Shown in pieces: positions 25,820 to 36,613 of a stretch of DNA of 64,000 nucleotides. Within the stretch, counting starts at the first letter, position 1. Each line of letters begins with the position of its first letter. The translations under genes were made by a program, and so were the position numbers. The DNA lies in assembly GCA_963704325.1 (NCBI GenBank), contig OY969885.1:2286770-2350769 (forward strand), written 5' to 3'. The stretch comes from an uncultured Chloroflexia bacterium. Lineage in GTDB: Bacteria > Chloroflexota > Limnocylindria > Limnocylindrales > CSP1-4. Below the pieces are notes generated by a model. That model was not told the DNA's origin and searched no databases. It worked only from the letters and a program-made list of their open reading frames with translations.

Positions 25820-27112
25820 ATGTCCGTGGGCGATGTGACGCGGCCTCATCAGGAGCGACGCTGCGCGCCGCGCCCCGGCTGCGCGAGGTGTGGGTCGAGG
25901 GCGAGGTCGGCCAGGTCAGCATCAGCGCAGCCGGCCACTGCTACTTCACGCTCAAGGACGAGCGCGCCCAGCTGCGCTGCGTGATCTTCCGCGACGACCG
26001 GCTGATGATGCCGTTCGAGGCACGCACCGGGCTTCGTCTGGTCGCCCAGGGCAGCATCGACGTCTTCGAGCCCCAGGGTGCGTACCAGCTCTACGTCAAG
26101 CAGCTCTGAGCCGTCGGGCCACGGCGACCTGGCGCTCAGGTTCGAGGCACTCAAGGCGAAGCTGACCGCGGAAGGACTGTTCGAGACCTCCAGGAAGCGG
26201 CCGCTGCCACCGATGCCGCTGACCATCGGCGTGGTCACCAGCCTGTCCGGGGCGGTGCTGCACGACATACGCCGCGTGATCGCCCGACGCTGGCCAATGG
26301 CTCGCGTCGTCGTCTCAGCCTGCCAGGTCCAGGGCCAGGGCGCGGCCCAGACGATCGTTGCCGCGCTGCGTCGAATCAGCCGCTGGACTGACGAGGAGAC
26401 CGGCCGCGCGCACTGACGTGGTCATCCTCGCCCGCGGCGGCGGCTCGCTCGAGGACCTGTGGCCGTTCAACGACGAGGCGGTGGTCCGAGCCGTGGCGGC
26501 CCATCCGTGCCCGATCGTGGTCGGCGTGGGCCACGAGACGGACGTGACCCTGGCCGAGTTCGCGGCCGACGTCCGCGCCGCCACACCGTCCGTGGCGGCA
26601 GAGCTGATCGTGCCCTCGCGCATCGACGAGATGGCTCGCTGTAGGACAGCTCGTCGAGCCGGCTCAACGGCGCCACTGGCGCGCTCGCTCGCCGATCGCC
26701 GCCAGCAGCTGACCAACGAGTCGCCGCGCGCTCGAGGGGCGCCACCCGCAGGGCGCAGATAGCGGCCGATCGCGAGCGCGTCGGTGTCCTGCTCGACCGT
26801 GCCGCGCGCGTGCTGGCCCGCCGGCTGGAGGTCGATCGGAGCATCCTCGCGCGCGACGCAGAGCGTCTGCCGGCGCTCGTCTGCGACGAGAGTCGGCATG
26901 GCCCGAGCGGAGGTGGCCAGGCAATCGGCCGCGATCTGGCCGCGCTCAGTCCGTACGCGACCCTCGAGCGCGGCTACTCCATCGTGCGCGGCCCGAACGG
27001 CGTCGTGCTGCGCGACGCGCGCTCGGTCAAGTCGGGCGACCCCATCGTCGTCAAGCTCCAGCGCGGTGAGATCGGTGCGAGGGTCGATTCGGTGCGAGAC
27101 TCCGGCTCGTGA
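25820..27112 (+). pseudogene. xseA: exodeoxyribonuclease VII large subunit, at least 4 frameshifts
   Basis: The OB-fold N-terminus (VWVEGEVGQVSISAAGHCYFTLKD) and the catalytic and C-terminal segments lie in ORFs 25888-26109, 26078-26416, 26358-26762 and 26810-27112 in turn. The probable ATG is at 25820, in yet another frame. Confidence 0.75.
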
Positions 27113-27405
27113 CGGAGCAACCGGGCAACGCGCCCTCCAATCTCGACTCGGAGCGCCAGCGCATCGCCGCGCTGCCCTTCGACCGTGCGCTGGGCGAGTT
27201 CAAGTCGGTCGTCGAGAAGCTCGAGGCGGGCAACCTGCCGCTGGAGGATTCGATCGCGCTGTTCGAGCAGGGAGTGCTGCTCCAGCGCCGCTGCGAGAAG
27301 ATGCTCAGCGAGGCCGAGCTGCGCTTCCAGCGCCTGGTCGAGGCCGCCGGCGGCAAGATCCGCGCAACCGACCTGCCCCTCGCCGATGCGGAGGAGCCGA
27401 GCTGA
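27109..27405 (+). CDS. xseB: exodeoxyribonuclease VII small subunit
   Basis: 98-aa intact ORF with LPFDRALGEFKSVVEKLEAGNLPLEDSIALFEQG, typical of XseB. It overlaps the xseA end. Confidence 0.85.
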   Translation: MTEQPGNAPSNLDSERQRIAALPFDRALGEFKSVVEKLEAGNLPLEDSIALFEQGVLLQRRCEKMLSEAELRFQRLVEAAGGKIRATDLPLADAEEPS

Positions 27406-27495
27406 GCTCGCGGTCGATCCCTGTCCCGGGCATCGAGCGTGACGAATCGGGCATAACACGACGCGGACCGCGCTCGTCCTAGTTTGGACCCCCAG

Positions 27496-29551
27496 TTGGA
27501 GAGCCACTTGTCCCTTCTGTCGAGCATCGACAGCCCGCGCGACATCAAGCAGCTGGACGAGCAGCAGCTGCGCCAGCTGTGCGCAGAGATCCGCCGGCGA
27601 TCATTCGGACCGTGGCCGACACGGGCGGCCATCTGGGCAGCTCACTCGGCGTCGTGGAGCTGACGGTCGCCCTGCACCGCCTGCTTGACAGCCCCGACCG
27701 ACAAGCTGGTCTGGGACACCGGCCACCAGGCCTATGCCCACAAGCTGCTGACCGGCCGCCTGGACGGCTTCGGCACGCTGCGCCAGCTGGGCGGCATAGG
27801 TGGCTTCCCGCGCCGCTCGGAGAGCGAGCACGACGTCTTTGACGGCGGCCACGCAGGGACGGGCCTGTCCATCGCTGAGGGGCTCGCGCTGGCGCGCGAG
27901 GTACGCGGCACGGACGAGCGCATCGTGGTGGTCGTGGGTGACGCGGCGCTCATCACGGGCATGTCGCTCGAGGCCCTGAACGACATCGGTCATCGTCGGA
28001 CGCAGCTGCTCATCGTGCTCAATGACAACGAGATGAGCATCTCGCCGACGGTCGGGGCGCTCGAGCCAGTACCTGAGCCGGATCAAGCTCTCGCGCACCT
28101 GGCGCGGCAGCAAGCGCGCTGTACGACGACATGGTCGAGAAGCTACCCGTCGTGGGCCCGACCGCGCTCGAGTGGTCGCGGCGGCTGCGCAAGTCGGTCG
28201 TCAACTTCGCCCAGCCCGGGCAGCTGTTCGAGGACCTGGGCATCACCTACGTCGGCCCCGTGCCGGGCCACAGCCTGCGCGCCTGGAGACAGCGTCTTCC
28301 GCCGCGCTCTGCGCGACATCGACGGCCCGGTGCTCGTCCACGTGCGCACCCAGAAGGGGCGCGGCTACCAGCCGGCCGTGGCCGACCAGATCGGGTTCCA
28401 TGGCGCCGCGCTGCCGCCGATGACGGTCGTGCCCGGCGGCGCCAGCGGAGCGCTTCGCGACGGTCCATCCGCGCCGGAGACGGTGACGCGACACCATCCG
28501 ATGGCCCAGGCCGTTGCGGCGCGTTCCAAGCCGCCCAACTACACCTCGGTCATGGCCGCAGGAGCTCATCGCGCTCGGCGGCACAGGACCCGCGCATCGT
28601 GGCCATCACGGCAGGCATGCCCACGGGCACCGGCCTGGCGCAAGTTCCAGGCGGCCTTCCCGGACCGGATGTACGACGTCGGCATCGCCGAGCAGCACGC
28701 GGTGACGCTGGCCACCGGGCTCGCGCTCGGCCGGGACTGCGGCCGCTGGTGGCGCTCTACTCGACATTCCTGCAGCGCGCCTTCGACCAGACCGTGCACG
28801 ACGTCTGCCAGAACGACGCGCCGGTGGTGATCGGCGTCGACCGGGCCGGGCTCGTGGGCGAGGACGGCACCAGCCACCAGGGCATGTTCACGCATCCGCG
28901 CCCAGCGCCAGCTGCCCAACCTCGTCATCGCCTCGCCGCGCGATGAGCAGGAGCTGCGCCGGCTGATGCACACGGCGTTCGGCCAGGACCATCCGTTCGC
29001 CCTGCACTACCCGCGCGACCCCGGATTCGATCTGCCGCCGAAGTGGACCCCACGCCGATCCCGGTCGGCCAGGGCGAGCTGCGCGCGGTCGGGTGACGAC
29101 ATCATGATCATCGGCTTCGGTCCGATCGTGGTCCGTGCGCATCGAGGTCGCCGATGCCTTGGCCGGCGACGGCTGGTCGGTCGGTGTTATCAATGCACGC
29201 TTCGCAAAGCCGCTCGATCGCGACGCTGATCCTGGACAACGTGCGCGGCAAGCAAGCTGGTGGTGACGCTGGAGGAGAGCGTGGTCGGCGGTGGCTTCGG
29301 CTCTGGCGTGCTGGAGACGCTCACGGAGGCGGGGCTGGCCGAGCCCGACGCTGCGCCAGGTCCCGGTGCGCGTGATCGGACTCCCCGCCGACCACTTCGT
29401 GGATCATGGCTCGGTGGCCGACCTGCGCCGCATGCTGCGCCTCGACGCGGCCGGGATCACCGAGCAGGTGCGCGAGGCGCTCGCGACCCTGGGCCTGACC
29501 GCCAGCGTCGGCGCATCGCCGGCGGGCGCGCGAGAGGCGCGGACAGCCTGA
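27496..29551 (+). pseudogene. dxs: 1-deoxy-D-xylulose-5-phosphate synthase, fragmented by many frameshifts
   Basis: DXS is readable across at least 6 frames: [19 protein letters not shown]..., then [23 protein letters not shown], then the TPP motif GDGALTGGMAxEALN, then transketolase-like middle and C-terminal domains ending ...REALATLGL at 29551. Confidence 0.8.
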
Positions 29552-30340
29552 GTGGCGCCACGCGGACGCCGCGCGTCCGCCTGGACCACCTGCTCGTCGG
29601 CCAACGGACTGGCACCACGATCGCGACCACGCCGCGCGGCTGCTGATGGCCGGCCAGGTCGCCGTCGGCGAGGGCGACGGCGCCCGACACGACCGCAAGG
29701 CGGGCGACCTCGTCGAGCCGACGTCGCGGTCGCCACGCTGCGCGACCGGCCACGCTTCGTCTCGCGCGGCGGCGAGAAGCTGGAAGCGGCGCTGGAGGCT
29801 TTCCAGATCGACGTGAGCGGCAGGGTCTGCCTGGATGTCGGCGCGTCTACCGGCGGCTTCACCGACGTTCTGTTGCAGCGCGGAGCGAGCCGCGTCTATG
29901 CTCTCGACGTGGGCCGCGGACAGCTCGCTGAGGTGCTGCGCGGCGATCCGCGGGTCGTGTCGATGGAGCGCACCCACGTCGCCCGACTGGATCCCAGCTC
30001 GAAGGACCATGTGCCGCTACCGGAACAACCGTAGCCTGGCCGTGATCGACGTCTCGTTCATCTCGCTCGCACGCGTCCTGGCGCCGGTCGCCGGGGCGCT
30101 TACGGCGGACGCGCACATCGTCGCGCTGGTCAAGCCGCAGTTCGAGGCTGCTCCGCGCGGACGCGCCGGGCGGTGTCGTGCGAGATGCCCGAGTCCAACG
30201 CGCTGCGGTGGACCGGTCGCGGGTCACGCGCGGAGCATCGGGCTGGACGTGCTGGGCGAGATCGAGTCGCCGCTGACGGGTCCGGCGGGCAATCGCGAAT
30301 TCCTCATTCACCTTGCGCGCCGGCGGCCGCCGCGTGATGG
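29552..30340 (+). pseudogene. tlyA: TlyA-family rRNA 2'-O-methyltransferase, several frameshifts
   Basis: The S4 domain ([11 protein letters not shown]..., [13 protein letters not shown]) and FtsJ methyltransferase core ([14 protein letters not shown]...[16 protein letters not shown]...VYALDVG) are spread over 4 frames. The 3' end is approximate. Confidence 0.65.
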
Positions 30341-31080
30341 CCACGCTCGGCTTCGCCTACAACCCCACCAAGCCCGACGCGATGGATCTGCGCGACCGTG
30401 CCCTGGCGTGGTGCGCGGCGAACGGCGCGCAGGCGCTGGGCGACCGAATCGAAGGCGAGCCGAGGAGCTGGTCGCGCGACTGGCCGGACACCGACTGCCT
30501 GATCGTCCTGGGCGGCGATGGCACGTTCCTGCGCGCGACCCGAGCGCTGGCGCGCGTGGACGTGCCCGTGCTGGGCGTCAACTCCGGCCGTGTCGGCTTC
30601 CTGTCCAAGATCGAGCCGGAGGCGCTCGAGCCGACCCTGGCCGAGCTCGTCGACGGGCGACTACACGATCGAGTCGCGCATGATGCTCGAGGCGGCACCC
30701 TGGAGCGCGGCGCAGGCGGCGCCTCCGTGGGTCCTTTTGCGGCACTCAACGACGCGGCCATCGTGCGCGGCGCGGCGGTGCGCGTGCTGCACCTGGAGGT
30801 TGTCATCGACGGCACGCACCTGGCGACGTACGTGGCCGACGGCGTGGTCGTGGCCACGCCCACGGGGTCGACGGCGTATTCGTTCAGCGCCGGGGGTCCG
30901 ATCCTCGACCCAACCGCGCGCAACCTGATCGTGACGCCCATTGCCGCGTACCTGTCGTCCATCCGCTCGATCGTGGTCGGACCGGCCCATGAGGTACGCG
31001 TGCGCCTGATCGACGGGCCGCCCTGCCTGGTCAGCATCGACGGACGCGACGACTACCCGCTCGAGGTCGGCGAGCGGTGA
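30337..31080 (+). CDS. nadK: NAD kinase (one continuous ORF with a ~25-aa out-of-frame internal segment from two compensating indels)
   Basis: The motifs GGDGTFLRA and ATPTGSTAYSFSAGGP are present. The conserved DYTIESRMMLEA segment is readable only in the alternative frame 30518-30928. Confidence 0.8.
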   Translation: MATLGFAYNPTKPDAMDLRDRALAWCAANGAQALGDRIEGEPRSWSRDWPDTDCLIVLGGDGTFLRATRALARVDVPVLGVNSGRVGFLSKIEPEALEPTLAELVDGRLHDRVAHDARGGTLERGAGGASVGPFAALNDAAIVRGAAVRVLHLEVVIDGTHLATYVADGVVVATPTGSTAYSFSAGGPILDPTARNLIVTPIAAYLSSIRSIVVGPAHEVRVRLIDGPPCLVSIDGRDDYPLEVGER

Positions 31081-31202
31081 CCGTGCGCGCCCTTGACCGC
31101 CCGCTGCGCTTCATCGAGCCGCGCCACGCGCTGCCCTTCTGGGACCTGCTGCGCCGAAGGCCGCACTGCTCCCTGCCTGATCTGCCACGCTGGCTGTGAC
31201 AG

Positions 31203-32855
31203 ATGCTCGTCGAGCTGACCGTCCGCGACCTGGCGCTGATCGAGCGTGCGCGCGTCCAGTTCGCAGCCCGGACTGACCGTCATCACCGGTGAGACAGGTG
31301 CCGGCAAGTCACTTCTGATCGACGCGCTGGGGCTGGTCATGGGCGCGCGCGCGGATGTCGAGCCTGGTCAGGCACGGCGCCGACCGGCGCGCGCGTCGAG
31401 GCGCTCTTCGAGCGCGCCGCGGCGGACGAGCCGCTGATCTGCGTGCGCGAGGTGTCCGCCGAGGGACGCAGCGTGGCCCGCATCGACGACGAGACGCGTC
31501 ACCGCGGCGCGCCTGGCGGCCGTGGTGGAGCCACTCGTCGAGATCCACGGCCAGCACGAGCAGCAGCGCCTGCTCGGCGCGGCCTGGCAGCGCGACGTGC
31601 TCGACGCTTTCGGTGGTCACGCGGAGCTGCGCGCCTCCGTCGCCGACCGTGTTCGCGCTCTGGCGCGAGAACGAGGCGGCCCTGCGCGAGCTGGAGATGG
31701 ACCCGATCGAGCTGGACCCGGCGCCTGGAGCTGGCCGCCCATCGCCGCGGACGAGATCGAGGCGGCCGCGCCGCAGCCGGGCGAGGTCGAGCAGCTGCGC
31801 GGCCGGCTCGCGCTGGCCGGCAATGCCCAGCGCATCGCATCGCTGATCAGCGAGGCAGACGAGCTGCTCGCCGCGGAGAGCGGCGGCGCACGCGATCGGA
31901 TTGCCCTCGCCGCTCGGACAACTGCCGAGCTGGCCCGGCTCGACCCTTCGGCCCAGGACGCTGGCCGACCGGCTGGCCGGTTTGGAGGCTGAGGCGGCGG
32001 ATGTTGCGCTGGAGCTGCGCCGGCGCGGAGAGTCGGTCGCCGAGTCGGCCTTCAGCTCGCAGGCGACAGAGGAGAGACTGAGCAGCCTGTACGACCTGAT
32101 GCGCAAGTACGGCGACACGGAGGAAGCGCTGCTCGAGTACGCCGAGCAGGCTCGGGCCGAGTCAGACCGGCTGCGCGACGTGGAGCACGAGCGCACCCGT
32201 CGCGCCGCGGACGGTGCGCGCCTGCTGGCTGAGGCGCGCGACGCTGCGGCGGAGCTGCACGCCCGGCGCGCAACCACCGCCAGCCGCTCTCGGAGCGTCC
32301 GTCACGGATCGCCTGCTCGAGCTGGGCTTCCCCGCGGCCGCCTTCGAGATTCGACTCGATGAGGCCGCGCTCGACGAGAGCGGCGCGGACGCAGTGGCCT
32401 TCCTGCTGGCGCCCAACCCGGGCGAGCCGCCGCGTCCGTTGGGCCGCATCGCGTCGGGCGGCGAGCTGTCACGCGTCGCGCTCGCGCTGAAGACCGTGCT
32501 TGCCGCGGCCGACTCGACGCCGACACTCATCTTCGACGAGGTGGATGCCGGCATAGGCGGGCGCTCGGCGGATCCCGTCGGCCGGCTGCTTTGGCGCCTG
32601 GCTCGCCACCACCAGGTCATCTGCGTCACGCACCTGCCCCAGATCGCGGCCTACGCCGATGCGCATCTGCGCATCGAGAAGTCCGAGCGCGACGGCCGCA
32701 CGGCCACCGATGTCGCGCCACTCGACGAGGAGGAGCGGCGCGCAGAGCTTGCGCAGATGCTCGGCGGCAGCGCCGATGCGCAGGCGTCCCTGGCCGCCGC
32801 GGACGAGCTGCTCAGCCGGGCAGCGGCGGCGCGCGTGGAGCTGGCCGCGGCGTGA
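31203..32855 (+). pseudogene. recN: DNA repair protein RecN, several frameshifts
   Basis: The N-terminus is [20 protein letters not shown] and the Walker A is [14 protein letters not shown], in a second frame. The coiled coil lies in frames 31355/31443/31522. The C-terminal signature / Walker B (GGELSRVALALK...LIFDEVDAGIGG) is in ORF 32214-32855. The gene follows nadK as in mycobacteria. Confidence 0.75.
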
Positions 32856-33806
32856 GCGAGAACCCGCTGTCGCTCGAACAGGCGATCGACGGCTATCTGA
32901 CCTACCTGCGCGTCGAGCGTGGCCTCTCGGCGGCCACCATCTCCGCCTATCGCGTCGACCTGCGCGGGCTAGCCATTGCGGAGGGCCATGGCAGCGCCGA
33001 CTGGCGCTCTGACTCCGCGGTTGCCACCGATCACCTCGCCGCCCTGACCCGCCCGCCGCGCGTCCTGAAACCGGCCAGCCACCGGCGCAAGGCGGCCGCC
33101 ATCCGCGCTTTCTACCGCTTCTGCTTTGCCGAAGGACTGATCGAGCGCGACATCGCCAGCCTGCTCGACCTGCCCCGCGCATCCCGCCAGCTGCCTGACA
33201 CGCTCGACGTGAGCCAGGTCGAGTCGATCCTCGACGCGCCCAGCGCCGACGAGCCGACTCGGCCTGCGCGACAGGGCCCTGCTCGAGCTGCTCTACGCCT
33301 GCGGGCTGCGCATCAGCGAGGCGCTCTCGCTGGACATGGATGACCTCAGCCTGGGCGAGGCGAGCGTGCGCGTGATCGGCAAGGGCGACCGCGAGCGACG
33401 GCTGCCGATCGGCGATGTCGCCCTGCAGGCGCTGGCCGCCTACCTCGAGAGTGCGCGCCCAATGCTGCTTGCCGGTGGCTCGACTGCGACGACGACTGGA
33501 CGGCCGGAAGCCGCGGCCATGAAGCGTGGCGGACCGGTGTTCGTCAGCCAACGCGGCACGCGGCTCTCGCGCATGGCCGCGTGGCGCGTCATCCGCCTCG
33601 CCGCGCTGCGCAGCGGAGTAACGGGCCACGTCACGCCGCACACGCTGCGCCACTCGTTCGCCACGCACCTCCTGGAGGGCGGCGCCGACCTGCGCGTCGT
33701 GCAGGAATTGCTCGGACACGCGAGCATCACGACCACGCAGCTGTACACGCATCTGACTGGGGAACGAATCAGGCAGGTCTACGCGCGGGCGCACCCCAGG
33801 GCGTAG
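32852..33806 (+). pseudogene. xerD: tyrosine site-specific recombinase XerD, one frameshift near 33255
   Basis: The N-terminal core-binding domain is in frame 32591. The catalytic domain (LGLRDRALLELLYACGLRISEA read across the shift, then HTLRHSFATHLLEGGADLRVVQELLGHASITTTQLYTH) is in ORF 33336-33806. Confidence 0.75.
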
Positions 33807-33824
33807 AGGACGAGGGAGGTCGGC

Positions 33825-34613
33825 ATGTCGCGTTACGCGGATTCATTGCTCACGGAAGGGGAGATCGTCGTCCTGCGCACGCGCCAGCACTGGCTGGCCC
33901 TGCTCGTCCGCGCGCGCGCCGCGCTATTGCTGTGGCTGCTCGGCATTTTGCTCCTCGCGGCGATCATCGTCTTCAACGTCGCGCCGGGCACGGTCCGTGA
34001 TGTGACCAGCGGCGTCGCCGCGATCTTCCTCGTGCTTGGCCTGGTCATCTTCCTGTACCGGGCGTGGCACTGGTGGGCGCAGGACTACATGGTCACCAAT
34101 CGGCGATTGCTGAAGGTGACCGGCATCTTCAACAAGCGTTCGGGCGACAGCTCGCTCGAGAAGATCAACGACGCGATTCTGATCCAGCCCGTGCTGGGTC
34201 GAATGCTCAACTACGGCGACCTTGAGATCCTGACCGCAGCTGAGCTGGCCAACGACCGCTATCACATGCTCAGGGCGCCCAAGGAATTCAAGAAGACGAT
34301 GCTCACCCAGAAGCATCAGCTCGAGAGCGGCTTCCAGTACACCGCGCCGCCCAGCCCGCCGATGCGCGCGTCGGCTGCATCTGCCGAGCCACAGACTGCG
34401 CCCCAGGGCGCGACGCCGGTGGCCGTGGCCGCTGCGCCGGCTGCCGCACCAGATGCCGAGCTGGCGAGCCCAATTGCCCAGGCGAACGTGGATGTGGACG
34501 AATCGCTCGAGGTGACCGAGACGCTGTCCCGCCTGGCCGATCTGCGCGATAAGGGCGCCATCACGCCGGAGGAGTACGAGCAGAAGAAGGACGAGCTGCT
34601 CGGCCGCCTGTAA
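33825..34613 (+). CDS. membrane protein with bacterial PH (YdbT/DUF304-like) domain and C-terminal SHOCT motif
   Basis: It has two TM helices and then a PH-like domain (YMVTNRRLLKVTG...). The C-terminus LADLRDKGAITPEEYEQKKDELLGRL is SHOCT-like. Confidence 0.45.
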   Translation: MSRYADSLLTEGEIVVLRTRQHWLALLVRARAALLLWLLGILLLAAIIVFNVAPGTVRDVTSGVAAIFLVLGLVIFLYRAWHWWAQDYMVTNRRLLKVTGIFNKRSGDSSLEKINDAILIQPVLGRMLNYGDLEILTAAELANDRYHMLRAPKEFKKTMLTQKHQLESGFQYTAPPSPPMRASAASAEPQTAPQGATPVAVAAAPAAAPDAELASPIAQANVDVDESLEVTETLSRLADLRDKGAITPEEYEQKKDELLGRL

Positions 34614-35266
34614 TGGTCATCGACGAGCAGCTCATCAGCGCCCTCGTTGCCGTGGGCATTTTCCTGCTCGTCGGCTTCCCGGTCCATGAGTTCAGCCACG
34701 CGTTCGCGGCCTTCAAGCTGGGCGATTCCACTGCCCGCTACCAGGGTCGCCTGACGCTCGACCCGCGCAAGCATTTCGATCCGCTGGGCGGCGCCCTGCT
34801 GGCCATCGGTGCGGTGGCCGGCGGCTTCTTCATCGGCTGGGCCAAGCCCACACCTGTCAATCCCTACAACCTTCGCTACGGCCGGCGCGGCGAGGCGATC
34901 GTGGCGCTCGCCGGTCCGCTCTCGAACCTGGTCATGGCCGCGGCGGTCGCGGTGCCGCTGCGCATCGTGGCCATGAACCAGCTGCTGCTGTTCGACATGC
35001 TGGCCAACCCGATTGCCGCGTTCTTCCTGGACGTCGCCCTCTTCTTCGTGCTCATCAACCTGTTCCTGATGGTCTTCAACCTGTTGCCCATCCCGCCGCT
35101 CGACGGCTGGCGCGTGCTGCTCGGCCTGATCGACGCGCGGACGTCGTACACGCTCCGCCAGTTCGAGCAGTACGGCTTCATCCTGATCCTCGTCATCTTC
35201 CTGGCCGGCGCGCCCTTCATTAGCCAGGTCGTGTTCACCATTCGGCAATTCCTGCTGGGCTTCTGA
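34613..35266 (+). CDS. site-2 protease family (M50) membrane metalloprotease
   Basis: The HEFSHA zinc motif and NLLPIPPLDG second ligand motif are present. The protein is polytopic. Confidence 0.7.
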   Translation: MVIDEQLISALVAVGIFLLVGFPVHEFSHAFAAFKLGDSTARYQGRLTLDPRKHFDPLGGALLAIGAVAGGFFIGWAKPTPVNPYNLRYGRRGEAIVALAGPLSNLVMAAAVAVPLRIVAMNQLLLFDMLANPIAAFFLDVALFFVLINLFLMVFNLLPIPPLDGWRVLLGLIDARTSYTLRQFEQYGFILILVIFLAGAPFISQVVFTIRQFLLGF

Positions 35267-35268
35267 CG

Positions 35269-35760
35269 ATGGGCTGGTGGGCGAGCAGGATCAGGCGATT
35301 TGGCCGCTACTTCCGGCCGGGCGCCTCTGCAGCCGAGCGGCGTGACCTTCTCGCCTGGTTGACGCCGGCCCAGATGGCGCTCTTCGACTCGATGCACCGT
35401 GCCGACCAGCGCCACGGCCTGGACGTGGTCGCCGCCCTGGTCGCGGCGCGCCATCACCAGCCGGATCTGCTCCTGGCCGGGTTGCTGCACGATTGCGGCA
35501 AGGGGCGCGAACTGCAGGTCTGGCATCGCGTGGGCTGGTCGCTCGGCGAGCGTTACGGGGCGCGTGTCGAGCGCCTGCTGCGGCGCCTGCCTGGTTTCGC
35601 ACGGGCGTTCGCGACCATCGCTGATCACGCTCGGGTTTCGGCCGAGCTCGCGTTGGCGGCCGGGGTCAGCCCCGTGACCGCTGAACTGATCCTCAACCAG
35701 GCCGAGCCAGCGGACTCGGAGCTGGGCCACGCTCTGCTGCTCGCCGACCAGGCGAACTGA
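35269..35760 (+). CDS. HD-domain-like hypothetical protein
   Basis: 163 aa with a H...HD pattern (HRADQRHGLD...LLHDCGK). Confidence 0.35.
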   Translation: MGWWASRIRRFGRYFRPGASAAERRDLLAWLTPAQMALFDSMHRADQRHGLDVVAALVAARHHQPDLLLAGLLHDCGKGRELQVWHRVGWSLGERYGARVERLLRRLPGFARAFATIADHARVSAELALAAGVSPVTAELILNQAEPADSELGHALLLADQAN

Positions 35761-35764
35761 TCCC

Positions 35765-36613
35765 ATGAACAGCGTGCACGCCTCCACGTCGCCCACCGCC
35801 ACACAGTCGGTCGAGATCAGCTTCGGCGACAGCCCGCGCCCGGAAGACGCGACACACGTCCGGCTGGACGTTTTCGATGGGCCGCTGGCACTGCTGCTGT
35901 CGCTCATCGAGCAGCGCCAGCTGGACGTGTTGACGGTCCGCCTGGGCGACCTCGCCGGCGCCTACCTGGACGCGATCGCGCGCATCGAGCGCGGCCGGCT
36001 GCAGATGCTCAGCTCGTTCGTGACCGTCTGCTCGCAGCTCATCCTGATCAAGTCGCGCGCACTGCTGCCGCGCCCGCCGGCCGCGCCGGCCGAGGCGGGC
36101 GGCGAGGGCATCGAGGCTGATCCCGAGGAAGAGCTTCGCCGTCGCCTGGTCGAGTACCGCCAGTACCGCGACGCTGCCCTCCGACTGGGCGCGCGCCTGG
36201 CCGCAGGCACGTCGCTGTTCCATCGCGAGGCAGGTGCCGCGCTCGCCGCGGGCAGGGCCGGGGCACGACCGGATCCTGGTCCCGCACTGCCCGCCCAGCT
36301 GCTCGCCGACGCGCTGCTCGCCTCCGTCCGCCTCGTCCCGCCGGCCGCTCCGCCGCCCGAGATCATCGCCCGCACGATCACGCTCGAGGAGCGGGCGGCG
36401 GTGATCCGCTCGGCTCTCCGCGCCGCGCCGCAGTTTGTGCTCCAGGAGCTGCTGCGCGACGTGACCGATCGGATCGTGGTCGCGGTCACCTTCCTGGCCA
36501 TGCTCGAGCTGGCCAAGGGTCGCGAGGTCGTCGTCGAGCAGCACGAGCCGTGGGGTCCCATCCACGTCCGACCGATTGCCATCCAGCCCGACCGGGAAGC
36601 CGATGCTGGCTGA
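35765..36613 (+). CDS. scpA: segregation and condensation protein A
   Basis: The kleisin N-terminus FDGPLALLLSLIEQRQLDV is present. scpB follows directly. Confidence 0.8.
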   Translation: MNSVHASTSPTATQSVEISFGDSPRPEDATHVRLDVFDGPLALLLSLIEQRQLDVLTVRLGDLAGAYLDAIARIERGRLQMLSSFVTVCSQLILIKSRALLPRPPAAPAEAGGEGIEADPEEELRRRLVEYRQYRDAALRLGARLAAGTSLFHREAGAALAAGRAGARPDPGPALPAQLLADALLASVRLVPPAAPPPEIIARTITLEERAAVIRSALRAAPQFVLQELLRDVTDRIVVAVTFLAMLELAKGREVVVEQHEPWGPIHVRPIAIQPDREADAG

